From: Bifidobacterium longum subsp. longum JCM 1217 | Lineage (GTDB): Bacteria > Actinomycetota > Actinomycetes > Actinomycetales > Bifidobacteriaceae | Reading direction: 5' to 3' | NCBI RefSeq assembly: GCF_000196555.1 | Contig: NC_015067.1 | Coordinates: 1,320,001 to 1,352,000, forward strand | DNA: 32,000 bases | In this document: in pieces, positions 1 to 9,080 of the stretch | Position numbering within the stretch: position 1 is the stretch's first letter | Layout of the letters: every line of letters starts with the position of its first letter | Program-made: the position numbers and the translations under genes | The notes under the pieces: model-generated | Told to the model about the DNA's origin: nothing | Seen by the model: the letters and a program-made list of their open reading frames with translations, nothing else | Database searches by the model: none

Positions 1-45
1 CACGGTCTTGGCCATCTGTTCCTTGGCCTGGTCGATAAGAGACAT
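1..45 (-). CDS. frr: ribosome recycling factor, 5' end only (gene runs off the left edge)
   Basis: The reverse complement of 1-45 reads MSLIDQAKEQMAKTV. AGGAG lies 5 nt upstream of the ATG at 45. The N-terminus style and the position after rpsB-tsf-pyrH fit the conserved rpsB-tsf-pyrH-frr order. Confidence 0.7.
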   Translation of the reverse strand, partial: MSLIDQAKEQMAKTV

Positions 46-121
46 ATTCACTCCTTGTGTGTTGGTGTTCGTCAGTGTTGTTCGTCTATGAACGCTTGAT
101 TCGATTGTGGGCGTTTGCGGC

Positions 122-862
122 TTACTCGGCCACGCGCGATTCGGCGGTGGAGACCAGCGTGCCGATTTCATCGCCGACGAGGGCGCGGGTCACGTTGCCC
201 GGCTCTTCGAGGCCGAAGACGCGGATGCGCTTCTTGTTGTCGCGGGCCATGGACAGTGCGGAGGCGTCCATGACGGCCAGATTGTCCACGAGGGCGCGAT
301 TGTAGCTCAGGGTTTCAAAACGCTTGGCGTTCTCGTCCTTGCGCGGGTCGGCGGTGTAGACGCCGTCGACGCCGTTCTTACCCATAAGTACCTCGTCGCA
401 GTGGATTTCGAGGGAACGCTGGATGGAAACCGTGTCGGTGGAGAAGTACGGCATGCCGGCACCGGCGCCGAAAATCACCACGCGACCCTTTTCAAGGTGA
501 CGGATGGCCTTGAGCGGAATATACGGCTCGGCGACCTGTCCCATGGTGATGGCGGTCTGCACGCGGGTGGCCTGCCCCTCCTGCTCCAGAAAGTCCTGTA
601 GAGCGAGGCAGTTCATCACCGTGCCGAGCATACCCATGTAGTCGCCACGGGAACGATCGATACCGGCCTGCTGCAGTTCGGCACCGCGGAAGAAGTTGCC
701 GCCGCCGACCACGATGGCCACCTGCACACCCTGTTGTACGGCCGGAACGATCTCCTCGGCAATGCGACGAATCACCTGGGTATCGATGCCGACCTTGCCA
801 CCACCGAATGCTTCGCCGGACAGCTTGAGCAGAACTCTGCGCGGATTGTCGCTATCAGTCAT
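122..862 (-). CDS. pyrH: UMP kinase
   Basis: 246-aa ORF with UMP kinase motifs [12 protein letters not shown] and [10 protein letters not shown]. The ATG at 862 is preceded by GAAAGG. Located between tsf and frr. Confidence 0.95.
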   Translation of the reverse strand: MTDSDNPRRVLLKLSGEAFGGGKVGIDTQVIRRIAEEIVPAVQQGVQVAIVVGGGNFFRGAELQQAGIDRSRGDYMGMLGTVMNCLALQDFLEQEGQATRVQTAITMGQVAEPYIPLKAIRHLEKGRVVIFGAGAGMPYFSTDTVSIQRSLEIHCDEVLMGKNGVDGVYTADPRKDENAKRFETLSYNRALVDNLAVMDASALSMARDNKKRIRVFGLEEPGNVTRALVGDEIGTLVSTAESRVAE

Positions 863-957
863 ATTGTGCCTTTCTCAAAACCGAAAGTGCGAAATTATCC
901 GTAGACAAGCGTATCGGTTTACGACGACACCCCCTAGCAACGACACCCTTGGAATAG

Positions 958-998
958 CGAAACGCCATCCGATTATTGAATAACCGGATGGCGTTTCG
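958..998 (-). terminator. perfect 14-bp stem / 13-nt loop hairpin 38 nt downstream of the tsf stop
   Basis: CGAAACGCCATCCG (958-971) pairs perfectly with CGGATGGCGTTTCG (985-998). There is no clear U-tract on the tsf strand, so this would be an I-shaped terminator or a processing hairpin. Confidence 0.4.
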
Positions 999-1035
999 TT
1001 GAAATTACGCTAAGCGCGTGGAGTAAGCCTTAGGC

Positions 1036-1887
1036 TCACTCCTCTTCGCCCTTGCCGACCTCGACACGAGCGAATGCGGTGGCGTTGCCACCGACTTCCT
1101 TGAACAGGTCGCCGACGGTCTTGGACGGGTCCTTGACGAACGGCTGCTCAAGCAGCACGACTTCCTTGAAGAAAGCGTTGAGACGGCCTTCGACGATCTT
1201 CGGAACGATCTTCTCCGGCTTGCCCTCGGCCAGGGACTTCTCGGTGGCCACGCGACGCTCGGACTCGACCACATCGGCCGGAACGTCCTCGCGGGTCAGC
1301 CACTTGGCGCCCATGGCGGAGATCTGCAGAGCAGCTTCGTGAGCCACGGCGGCGCCGGCCTTGTCGGTGGCGATCATGGCGACGATGCTCGGCGGCATCT
1401 CGGCGGACTTCTTGTGAGCGTAGACTTCGACGTGCTCGCCGGAGATCTTGGCGAACTGGCCGACCTTGACGTGCTCACCGAACAGGGCGGCGGCCTCTTC
1501 GACAGCCAGCTTGACGGTGGTGTCGCCAGCCTTGGCCTCGAGCAGCTCGTCAGCGGAGTTGGCGTCGGCGTCCACGGCGTAGCCGAGAACTTCCTCGGTG
1601 AACTCGACGAACTTCGGGGTCTTGGCCACGAAGTCGGTCTCGGAGTTCAGCTCGACGGCGTAGCCGGTCTCGCCATTGGCGGTCTCGACGACCTTGGAGG
1701 CGATGGTGCCTTCCTGAGCCTTGCGGCCTTCACGCTTGCCGGCTGCGGCGATACCCTTGGCGCGGATGATTTCCTTGGCGCGGGCGACGTCGCCTTCGGC
1801 TTCGGTCAGAGCCTTCTTGACGTCGAGCATGCCGGCGCCGGTGTCTTCACGAACCTGCTTGATCAGTGCGGCGGTAATTGCTGCCAT
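1036..1887 (-). CDS. tsf: translation elongation factor Ts
   Basis: 283-aa ORF with the EF-Ts N-terminal domain ITAALIKQVREDTGAGMLDVKKALTEAEGD. The ATG at 1887 has an AGGAGA RBS. Lies directly downstream of rpsB. Confidence 0.95.
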   Translation of the reverse strand: MAAITAALIKQVREDTGAGMLDVKKALTEAEGDVARAKEIIRAKGIAAAGKREGRKAQEGTIASKVVETANGETGYAVELNSETDFVAKTPKFVEFTEEVLGYAVDADANSADELLEAKAGDTTVKLAVEEAAALFGEHVKVGQFAKISGEHVEVYAHKKSAEMPPSIVAMIATDKAGAAVAHEAALQISAMGAKWLTREDVPADVVESERRVATEKSLAEGKPEKIVPKIVEGRLNAFFKEVVLLEQPFVKDPSKTVGDLFKEVGGNATAFARVEVGKGEEE

Positions 1888-1924
1888 TGATTATTCTCCT
1901 TGAGAAATTTTGCTTACCCATGAA

Positions 1925-1958
1925 CGATGGGAAGCGCTCATTCAGGCACTTCCCATCG
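1925..1958 (-). promoter_or_regulatory. 10-bp stem hairpin in the rpsB-tsf intergenic spacer
   Basis: CGATGGGAAG (1925-1934) pairs with CTTCCCATCG (1949-1958) around a 14-nt loop. It sits between the rpsB stop (1966) and the tsf start (1887). Possibly a partial terminator or attenuator setting the S2:EF-Ts ratio. Confidence 0.35.
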
Positions 1959-1965
1959 TAGAGCA

Positions 1966-2811
1966 TCACTCGGCCTTGGGGGCCTCGGCGGTTTCGCCCT
2001 CGGCGGCAGCCGGAGCGGCGGCTTCAGCGGAAGCCTCGGCAGGAGCCTCGTTGGTCAGGAGTTCCTTCTCCCAAGCGGCCATCGGCTGCTCGGCGGCTTC
2101 ACCCTCGGCCTTGTTGGCGCCGGAGCGCTCCAGCAGACCTTCGGCGACGGCGTCAGCCATCAGGCTGGTCAGCAGTTCGATGCCGCGGATGGCGTCATCG
2201 TTGGCCGGGATCGGGTACTCAACGGTGTCCGGGTCGGCGTTGGTGTCGACGATGGCGACAACCGGGATACCCAGCTTGTGAGCTTCCTCAACAGCCAGGG
2301 CTTCCTTGGTGATGTCGACGACGAACATCGCGGACGGGGTGCGGTTCATGTTGCGGATACCGCCCAGCTGCTTGTTGAGCTTGTCCTTCTCGCGCTCGAG
2401 CAGGAGGAGCTCCTTCTTGGTCAGGCCGGAACCGTGCACGTCGGTGAAGTCCATTTCCTCAAGTTCCTTGAGGCGGTTGACGCGCTTGGAGACGGTCTGG
2501 AAGTTGGTCAGCATGCCGCCGAGCCAACGCTCGGAGACGTAGGGCATGTTCACGCGGGTGGCCTGGTTGGCGATAGCTTCCTGAGCCTGCTTCTTGGTGC
2601 CGACGAAGAGCACGGTGCCGTTGTGGGCCACGGTGGTCTTGATGAAGTCGTACGCCTTGTCGATCATGTCGAGCGACTTGAACAGGTTGATGATGTGGAT
2701 GCCGTTGCGCTGGGTGAGGATGAACTGCTTCATCTTCGGGTTCCAACGACGGGTCTGGTGGCCGAAGTGCAGGCCAGCCTTCAGCATATCGCTCATAGTG
2801 ATCTGAGCCAT
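1966..2811 (-). CDS. rpsB: 30S ribosomal protein S2
   Basis: The ORF-track frame 1966-2856 is trimmed to the ATG at 2811. That start gives [27 protein letters not shown], the universal S2 N-terminus, with GAAAGG 10 nt upstream. The C-terminus has an Ala/Glu-rich tail. Confidence 0.93.
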   Translation of the reverse strand: MAQITMSDMLKAGLHFGHQTRRWNPKMKQFILTQRNGIHIINLFKSLDMIDKAYDFIKTTVAHNGTVLFVGTKKQAQEAIANQATRVNMPYVSERWLGGMLTNFQTVSKRVNRLKELEEMDFTDVHGSGLTKKELLLLEREKDKLNKQLGGIRNMNRTPSAMFVVDITKEALAVEEAHKLGIPVVAIVDTNADPDTVEYPIPANDDAIRGIELLTSLMADAVAEGLLERSGANKAEGEAAEQPMAAWEKELLTNEAPAEASAEAAAPAAAEGETAEAPKAE

Positions 2812-3032
2812 GGTATTACTACCTTTCATTGTCGGTTCTTGCCTGGCCATGCGCACCTGCGTGCAGCTGCTCCCCCGGTTTCACGAGTTGTGCAGCCGAC
2901 CGACACAAGCCGTCGCGAGCATGACGCGAATTTGTTGTGTGCCGGTTGACAATATTGGGTGGCTCTGGACGCCAGCGACTGCGTCCGTTGCCGGGTGGCA
3001 CACGAGTTTCGAGAATAGCACGGAGCCGGTAC

Positions 3033-3066
3033 TAAAAAAACAGGCTCCCCTCTCTGAGGGGAGCTG
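3033..3066 (-). terminator. rho-independent terminator of the def operon, formed by one copy of a REP-like repeat
   Basis: The stem is GCTCCCCTC (3044-3052) paired with GAGGGGAGC (3056-3064), with a 3-nt loop. The seven A at 3034-3040 on the plus strand form a U7 tract on the minus-strand transcript. It lies about 100 nt 3' of the def stop. Confidence 0.7.
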
Positions 3067-3158
3067 TCGCCGTAAGCGACTGAGGGGAGTCACGGGCGGT
3101 ACCGGCAGAACCACCCTCAGTCTCACTACGTTCGACGGCTCCCGCCAGCGGGAGCCGA
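3041..3158. repeat. two inverted copies of a ~55-nt REP-like stem-loop repeat (third copy at 20919-20974)
   Basis: Copy A1 (3041-3093) read as reverse complement and copy A2 (3111-3158) both align by eye with 20919-20974. The shared pattern is CTCCCCTCAGTC(T)CGCTACG..CAGCTCCC(C)TC-loop-GAGGGGAGCTG. A2 carries the hairpin GGCTCCCGC/GCGGGAGCC at 3137-3156. GACTGAGGG (3078-3086) can also pair with CCCTCAGTC (3114-3122). Confidence 0.7.
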
Positions 3159-3165
3159 GTATGGA

Positions 3166-3654
3166 CTACTTCGCCTGACGATTACGCATGTAGCGCAGGG
3201 CTTCGCGGCGTTCTTCCTTTTCCAGGCGATCCAAATACACGTGGCCGTCGAGGTGGTCGCATTCGTGCTGAAGCATACGGCCCATCAGCCCGGAGCCCTC
3301 GAGCACGACCTCGTTGCCGTCCAAGTCGATGCCACGCACGCGAGCGTAGTCGGCACGACGGGTCTTATACCACAAGCCGGGCACGGACAGACAACCTTCA
3401 TCGCCATACTGCTCGCCGGACTTCTCCTCGAGTACGGGGTTCAGAACGTAGCCGACTTTGCCGTCGATGTTGTAGGAGAAGGCCCTCAGGCTCACGCCGA
3501 TCTGGTTGGCGGACAGGCCCGCTCGGCCCGGATCGTCCACGGTTTCCAACAGGTCGTCAACCAGGCGGCGCACGGCCGGGGTGATTTCCTTGATCTCATC
3601 GCAGGGGGTGCGCAGGACTGGGTCGGGCACGACCCTGATCTCACGGATGGCCAC
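3166..3654 (-). CDS. def: peptide deformylase
   Basis: 162 aa with all three PDF motifs present: [16 protein letters not shown] and HECDHLDG. It starts with GTG at 3654. The last codons of the upstream gene, GAGGAG TAA, supply the RBS. Confidence 0.93.
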
Positions 3655-3660
3655 TTCTCG

Positions 3661-5763
3661 TTACTCCTCGTTCTTCTCGTCAGCCGGCCGGTCCGGCTTG
3701 CTGCCGGTGTCAGCGGCATTGTCGGCATTGTCGGCGGAATCGCCGGTCTCGCCCTCTTCGGGTTCGGCCTTCGACTTCTTGATCTTCTCCGACACGCTAG
3801 CAATCGAATCAGACACGCTGGTTTTCATCTGTTCCGAGGCCTGTTTGACCTGTTCGGACGCCTGCTTGACCGATTCGGAGGATTTCTTGACGGTCTCCAG
3901 CGTGCTGTCGATGATCTTGGCAGTGGCGGGCAGCGGCTTGTTGGATGGCTTGGGCGCGTACAGATCCTCCTCGATGACGGTGGCGTAGCGCTGCAATACC
4001 TTGGGACGCACCACTTTCATGCTCGGGGTGAGCGTGCCGTGCTCCTGACTGAATTCCTCATCCAGCACCGCGAATTTGCGCACGGACTCAGCGCGGGAGA
4101 CATTGGCGTTGGCCTGGTCGATGTACTGCTGGATAAAGGCGCGCACCGCGTCGTTGTCGCTGGCCTCGGCGAGTGTCATGTCGGCATTGAGGCCCTGACC
4201 TTCCAGCCAGGAATGCAGCATTTCGGGGTCGAGCTCGATAAGTGCGGACACGAACGGCTTGCCGTCGCCGACTACTACTGCATGAGCCACGATCGGGCAG
4301 GTGTCGATGACATCCTCCATCGGGGCGGGGCTGATGTTCTTGCCGCCGGCGGTGATGATGATGTCCTTCTTGCGTCCGGTAATGAAGGTGAAGCCGCGGT
4401 CGTCGATACGACCCAGATCGCCGGTTTTGATCCAGCCGTCGGCAGTCATCGTCTGTGCGGTGAGTTCGGGCTGCTTGTAGTAGCCAAGGAACACGTTCGG
4501 GCCGGTCAGCTCAATTTCATCGTCTTCGCCAAGACGCACGCCCATGCCAGGCCCAGGCTTGCCGACCGAACCGATCTCGTTGTCGTCCTCCCAATTGACG
4601 AGCATCGGAGCGGCGGTTTCGGTCATGCCATAACCCTGGATGAAGGTGATGTCATTCATGCCGTTGAAAAAGTGGGCCAAATCCACGTTGAGCGGCGCAC
4701 CACCGCAGGCCAGCCATTTGAGGTTCGGTCCGAGAGCGGAACGAATGGATTTGCCTACCGTGGCCATGTAGAACGAATGGCGCATGCGCTCGATGAACGA
4801 ATGGCCGCGACCGGCCTGCTCATCCTTGCTCCACTTGACGAAGTGCTTGACCGACTGGGCGAAGATATGCCCCTGGATGCCGGCACCAGCCTTCTGCGAG
4901 GCCGCGTTATACACCTTCTCGAACACACGTGGCACGCCCAGCAGGTAGGTGGGCTTGAAGCTGCGGATATCGGCGAGCAGTCGCTTGGCGTCGGGAATGT
5001 ATCCGACCACGCCGCAGCCACCGATGCACACGTACTGGATGTAGCGGGCGAAGCAGTGCGCCAGCGGCAGGAACAGCAGCAGACGGTTGTCGTCGTACAG
5101 CATGCCACGCAGAATCTCGTAGCCGTTAAGCACGATGTGCGTGTAATTGCGGTTGGAGAGCATCGCGCCCTTGGGCTTGCCGGTGGAACCGGAGGTGTAG
5201 ACCACGGTGAGCAGATCATCGGCTTTGATACGAGCGATAGCCGCATCCAACGTCTCATCGGATACGCCATGCCCGAAGTCAACGACAGCGTCAAGGCCAT
5301 CGGCCTTGAAATTGAACACGTATTTCATGCCCGGATGATTGACACGGATCTGCTCAAGCGTCTGTGCGCGCTGGAAGTCGCCGGCAAAGGCGATGGCGGG
5401 ATCGACTTCCTCGACGATGCCCGCGGTCTGACGGGCGGAATCGGTCTCATAGACGGGCACAACCACAGCGCCGATTGCCGCGCAAGCGAAATCAGCCACA
5501 CCCCACTCATAGCAGGTAGGCGAGTAAATCAGCACCATGGTGCCGGCTTTGACGCCAAGTCCCAACAGGCCCTTGGCCACCTCGCGTACGCGGGACAGCA
5601 TTTCAGTAGCTGTGGCGCTGCGCCATTGGTGGGTGTTGTCATCCTGCCATTCCGCGATGATGTCATCCGGCGTGCGAGCTGCTCGTTTGGACAGCAGCGA
5701 GTAGACGGTGTCGTCATCGGTGGTGACATATCTGGGTTCTTCTACATGTTCACGCATGGTCAC
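3661..5763 (-). CDS. fadD: long-chain fatty-acid--CoA ligase (AMP-forming) with a ~100-aa low-complexity C-terminal tail
   Basis: 700-aa ORF with adenylate-forming motifs YTSGSTGKPKGAML, GYGMTE and WIKTGDLGRID. The start is GTG at 5763 or ATG at 5757, and there is no clear SD to decide between them. Confidence 0.88.
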   Translation of the reverse strand: MTMREHVEEPRYVTTDDDTVYSLLSKRAARTPDDIIAEWQDDNTHQWRSATATEMLSRVREVAKGLLGLGVKAGTMVLIYSPTCYEWGVADFACAAIGAVVVPVYETDSARQTAGIVEEVDPAIAFAGDFQRAQTLEQIRVNHPGMKYVFNFKADGLDAVVDFGHGVSDETLDAAIARIKADDLLTVVYTSGSTGKPKGAMLSNRNYTHIVLNGYEILRGMLYDDNRLLLFLPLAHCFARYIQYVCIGGCGVVGYIPDAKRLLADIRSFKPTYLLGVPRVFEKVYNAASQKAGAGIQGHIFAQSVKHFVKWSKDEQAGRGHSFIERMRHSFYMATVGKSIRSALGPNLKWLACGGAPLNVDLAHFFNGMNDITFIQGYGMTETAAPMLVNWEDDNEIGSVGKPGPGMGVRLGEDDEIELTGPNVFLGYYKQPELTAQTMTADGWIKTGDLGRIDDRGFTFITGRKKDIIITAGGKNISPAPMEDVIDTCPIVAHAVVVGDGKPFVSALIELDPEMLHSWLEGQGLNADMTLAEASDNDAVRAFIQQYIDQANANVSRAESVRKFAVLDEEFSQEHGTLTPSMKVVRPKVLQRYATVIEEDLYAPKPSNKPLPATAKIIDSTLETVKKSSESVKQASEQVKQASEQMKTSVSDSIASVSEKIKKSKAEPEEGETGDSADNADNAADTGSKPDRPADEKNEE

Positions 5764-5847
5764 TACTATAGGCGAACCAGCCTATGACACGGCAGAACCG
5801 TCTTCCGCTACCAGCGTAGGAATCGGTGTGCGGGCGGGGCCGTCTGG

Positions 5848-6339
5848 TCAGCCCAGATCGGCATAGATGCACATCCATCGAGAACCGATGTACTTCAGTT
5901 TGAGGTTGACTCGCAGATTTTCCTGGCCGATGGTCATGAATACCGCCATTTCCAGCGTGTCCTTGCCGGTGATCATGCCGTCGATCAATGTGGGGACAGT
6001 GGGCAGATAGCAGAATTTCGCTTTGAGCTCCGGATGAGTGACCATGTGGGTGCCGAGCAGGTATTGCATGGTTTGCAGCCGGTCCAGGCATGGTTTTGTC
6101 ATGGCTCTGTTGAGATGTGCGACGCTGAGTTTGCCACGTATCGCGTCCGCCGATGTGCAGGCGATGCGGCATGCAGCCATGGCCATGGAATGACATTCCT
6201 TCGCATTCAGCCCGCCTATGAATGTGGGTTGGATGTGATACCGCACCGGGCGATCCGACAGCTCCACAACGATGAATCCGTCATAACTCGGCAACGGCCC
6301 GTACTGATATGTGCCGTGGAAAAATCCCGAATACTCCAT
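5848..6339 (-). CDS. hypothetical cytoplasmic protein, 163 aa, no family recognised
   Basis: The ORF-track frame 5848-6423 starts on TTG. I trimmed it to the ATG at 6339 (MEYSGFFHG...), which is preceded by GAAGGGGG with 5-nt spacing. There is no signal peptide or TM segment, and the protein has 7 Cys. The gene is visibly more AT-rich than its neighbours. Confidence 0.55.
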   Translation of the reverse strand: MEYSGFFHGTYQYGPLPSYDGFIVVELSDRPVRYHIQPTFIGGLNAKECHSMAMAACRIACTSADAIRGKLSVAHLNRAMTKPCLDRLQTMQYLLGTHMVTHPELKAKFCYLPTVPTLIDGMITGKDTLEMAVFMTIGQENLRVNLKLKYIGSRWMCIYADLG

Positions 6340-6406
6340 GATGACCCCCTTCAAGCCCCCTTGCAACTCACCATCATCGGCGAGCGTCTGTACTACAACA
6401 TCACGA

Positions 6407-6441
6407 AAGGCGCGCCAAGTCAAACTACTTGAGCGCGCCTT
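6407..6441 (-). terminator. strong hairpin between the guaB3-like gene and the orphan gene
   Basis: AAGGCGCGC-CAAGT (6407-6420) pairs with ACTTG-a-GCGCGCCTT (6427-6441), giving 14 bp with one bulge and a 6-nt loop. No U-tract follows. A smaller CCCCC/GGGGG hairpin followed by TTT lies at 6475-6491, closer to the guaB3 stop. Confidence 0.4.
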
Positions 6442-6500
6442 CGGGCAAGTTAAGCCTCCTGCATGGAGGGCAAACCCCCATTTTCAGGGGGCAATCGGGA

Positions 6501-7625
6501 TTATCGTGCGGAATACGGGTTGACCACCATGCCGCAACGCTGGAAGTTCTTCACGTCGACGTAGCCGGTGGAGGCCATCGCGCGCTTGAGGGCGCCGATG
6601 AAGTTGGTCTTGCCGTCCGCCTGGTGGCTCGGTCCGAACAGCACCTGTTCGAGCGGGCCGACCGTGCCGACCGTGGTGCGGTAGCCACGCGGCAGCGTCT
6701 GGTGGCGGGCTTCGGAACCCCAGTGGGTGCCCTTGCCGGGGGCCTCGGTGGCGCGGGCCAGCGGCGCGCCGAGCATGACCGCGTCGGCGCCGAGGGCCAG
6801 GGCCTTGACGAAGCTGCCGGAGTCGCCCATGCCGCCGTCGGCGATGACCTGCACGTAGCGGCCGCCGGATTCGTCCATGTAGTCGCGGCGGGCCTCGGCC
6901 ACGTCGGCGATGGCGGTGGCCATCGGGGCCTGCACGCCGATGGTCTGGCGGGTGGCGGAGACCGCGCCGCCGCCGAAGCCGACGAGCACGCCGGCCGCGC
7001 CGGTGCGCATCAGGTGCAGGGCAGCGGTGTAGTTGGATGCGCCGCCGACGATGACAGGCACGTCAAGGTCGTAGATGAACTTCTTGAGGTTCAGCGGTTC
7101 CTGGCCGGAGGAGACGTGCTCGGCGGAGACCACAGTGCCGCGGATCACGAACAGGTCCACGCCCGCGTCCACCACGGTGGAGTAGAACTGCTGGGTGCGC
7201 TGCGGGGAGAGCGCGCCGGCCACGGTGACACCGGCGGCGCGAATCTCGTGCAGACGTTGCGTGATGAGCTCCGGCTTGACCGGCTCGGCATAGATCTGCT
7301 GGATACGCTCGGTGGCCTGATCGGCCGGCAGTCCGGCGATTTCGTCCAACAGCGGGGTCGGATCCTCGTAACGGGTCCACAGACCTTCCAGATCGAGCAC
7401 GCCGAGCGCACCCATCTTGCCCATGGCGATGGCGGTGGCCGGGCTGGTCACCGAATCCATGGGGGCGCCGATCACCGGCACATCGAACTCATAGGCGTCG
7501 ATCTGCCAAGAGGTGGAGACGTCCTCGGGGTCGCGGGTGCGACGGGAGGGGACGATTGCCACATCGTCGAGTGCGTAGCCGAGACGGCCTTTTTTGCCCA
7601 AACCGATTTCAATTTCCTGAGACAT
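6501..7625 (-). CDS. guaB3: GuaB3-type IMP dehydrogenase-related protein (no CBS subdomain)
   Basis: The ORF-track frame 6501-7832 is trimmed to the ATG at 7625 ([32 protein letters not shown]), giving 374 aa. It has the IMPDH TIM-barrel motifs [10 protein letters not shown] and GADAVMLG. No CBS pair is inserted. Confidence 0.88.
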   Translation of the reverse strand: MSQEIEIGLGKKGRLGYALDDVAIVPSRRTRDPEDVSTSWQIDAYEFDVPVIGAPMDSVTSPATAIAMGKMGALGVLDLEGLWTRYEDPTPLLDEIAGLPADQATERIQQIYAEPVKPELITQRLHEIRAAGVTVAGALSPQRTQQFYSTVVDAGVDLFVIRGTVVSAEHVSSGQEPLNLKKFIYDLDVPVIVGGASNYTAALHLMRTGAAGVLVGFGGGAVSATRQTIGVQAPMATAIADVAEARRDYMDESGGRYVQVIADGGMGDSGSFVKALALGADAVMLGAPLARATEAPGKGTHWGSEARHQTLPRGYRTTVGTVGPLEQVLFGPSHQADGKTNFIGALKRAMASTGYVDVKNFQRCGMVVNPYSAR

Positions 7626-7752
7626 GGTTTCCAGCCTATTGCCCGGGTGGGACGCCAACAAGGCCGTTTCCCACGGACCGGACGATTGCTTCAAGTCGTT
7701 ACAAACATGCGCTATGACTAAATCATCTTCACACCATCTATCAGGAGGAAGC

Positions 7753-8973
7753 ATGGCCAAAATCAAGGTCGAAGGCACTGTCGTCGAACTCGACGGCGAC
7801 GAGATGACCCGCGTGATCTGGAAGGACATCAAGGATCGTCTGATCCTGCCGTACCTCGACGTGAACCTCGACTACTACGATCTGGGCATCGAGCACCGCG
7901 ACGAGACCGATGACCAGGTGACCATCGACGCCGCCCACGCCATCCAGAAGCACCATGTCGGTGTCAAGTGCGCCACCATCACCCCCGATGAGGCCCGAGT
8001 CAAGGAATTCGGTCTCAAGAAGATGTGGAAGTCCCCCAACGGCACCATCCGCAACATCCTGGGCGGCACGATCTTCCGCGAGCCGATTGTGATGAGCAAC
8101 GTGCCTCGTCTGGTGCCCGGCTGGACCAAGCCGATCGTCGTAGCCCGTCACGCATTCGGCGACCAGTACAAGGCCACCGATTTCAAGGTTCCGGGAGCCG
8201 GCCAGCTGACCGTCACCTTCACTCCGGACGATGGCTCCGAGCCGATTCAGCACGTGGTCTACAACTACGGCGAAGACGGCGGCGTGGCCCAGGTGCAGTA
8301 CAACGTCAACGATTCGATCCGCGGTTTCGCTCGCGCCTGCTTCAACTACGGCCTGATGCGTCATTACCCGGTGTACTTGTCCACCAAGAACACGATTTTG
8401 AAGGCCTACGACGGCCAGTTCAAGGACATCTTTGCCGAGGTGTTCGAGACCGAATACAAGGACAGGTACGCCGAGGCCGGCCTGACTTACGAGCACCGCC
8501 TGATCGACGACATGGTGGCCAGCTCCCTGAAGTGGCACGGCGGTTACATCTGGGCCTGCAAGAACTACGATGGCGATGTGCAGTCCGACTCCGTGGCCCA
8601 GGGCTTCGGTTCGCTGGGCCTCATGACCTCCGTGCTCATGACCCCGGACGGCCAGACCGTCGAGGCCGAAGCGGCGCACGGCACCGTGACCCGTCACTAC
8701 CGCCGCTGGCAGAAGGGCGAGAAGACCTCCACCAACCCAATCGCATCCATCTTCGCGTGGACCGGCGGCCTTAAGCACCGCGCCGATCTGGACGGCACGC
8801 CCGAAGTCCGTCACTTCGCCAAGACGCTGGAGAAGGTCATCGTCGACACCGTTGAAGGCGGTCAGATGACCAAGGATCTGGCCATGCTCATCGGCCCGGA
8901 CGAACCGTGGCTCGACACCGACGGCTTCATGAACGCGCTGGACGAGAACCTGGCCAAGGCTCTGGCCGAGTAA
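7753..8973 (+). CDS. icd: NADP-dependent isocitrate dehydrogenase, eukaryote-like (type II homodimeric)
   Basis: The ATG at 7753 follows AGGAGG, and the protein is 406 aa. [54 protein letters not shown] and [11 protein letters not shown] are nearly identical to the corresponding blocks of animal IDH1/2 as I recall them. Confidence 0.95.
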   Translation: MAKIKVEGTVVELDGDEMTRVIWKDIKDRLILPYLDVNLDYYDLGIEHRDETDDQVTIDAAHAIQKHHVGVKCATITPDEARVKEFGLKKMWKSPNGTIRNILGGTIFREPIVMSNVPRLVPGWTKPIVVARHAFGDQYKATDFKVPGAGQLTVTFTPDDGSEPIQHVVYNYGEDGGVAQVQYNVNDSIRGFARACFNYGLMRHYPVYLSTKNTILKAYDGQFKDIFAEVFETEYKDRYAEAGLTYEHRLIDDMVASSLKWHGGYIWACKNYDGDVQSDSVAQGFGSLGLMTSVLMTPDGQTVEAEAAHGTVTRHYRRWQKGEKTSTNPIASIFAWTGGLKHRADLDGTPEVRHFAKTLEKVIVDTVEGGQMTKDLAMLIGPDEPWLDTDGFMNALDENLAKALAE

Positions 8974-9020
8974 ATCATCGAACACATCGTGCGGACCTAC
9001 ATGGGTCATGTCATGTCGCA

Positions 9021-9080
9021 AACTGTCATGATTGTCGTGCTTCATCTGGAATGTTCCTCAGCACGATAATCATGACAGTT
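9021..9080 (+). terminator. AT-rich 21-bp-stem hairpin downstream of icd (terminator or other structured element)
   Basis: AACTGTCATGATTGTCGTGCT (9021-9041) pairs with AGCACGATAATCATGACAGTT (9060-9080) at 20 Watson-Crick pairs plus one G-U. The loop is 18 nt. An outer pairing CATCGAACA (8976-8984) with TGTTCGATG (9080-9088) is possible. No U-tract follows. Confidence 0.45.

Noticed and set aside
3241-5787. 848-aa plus-strand ORF spanning def and the acyl-CoA ligase
   Set aside because: It is antisense to two genes with unmistakable family motifs. Its translation is Gly/Ala/Val/His/Asp/Arg-rich with no recognisable domain. This is the usual shadow ORF caused by third-position GC bias in high-GC genomes.
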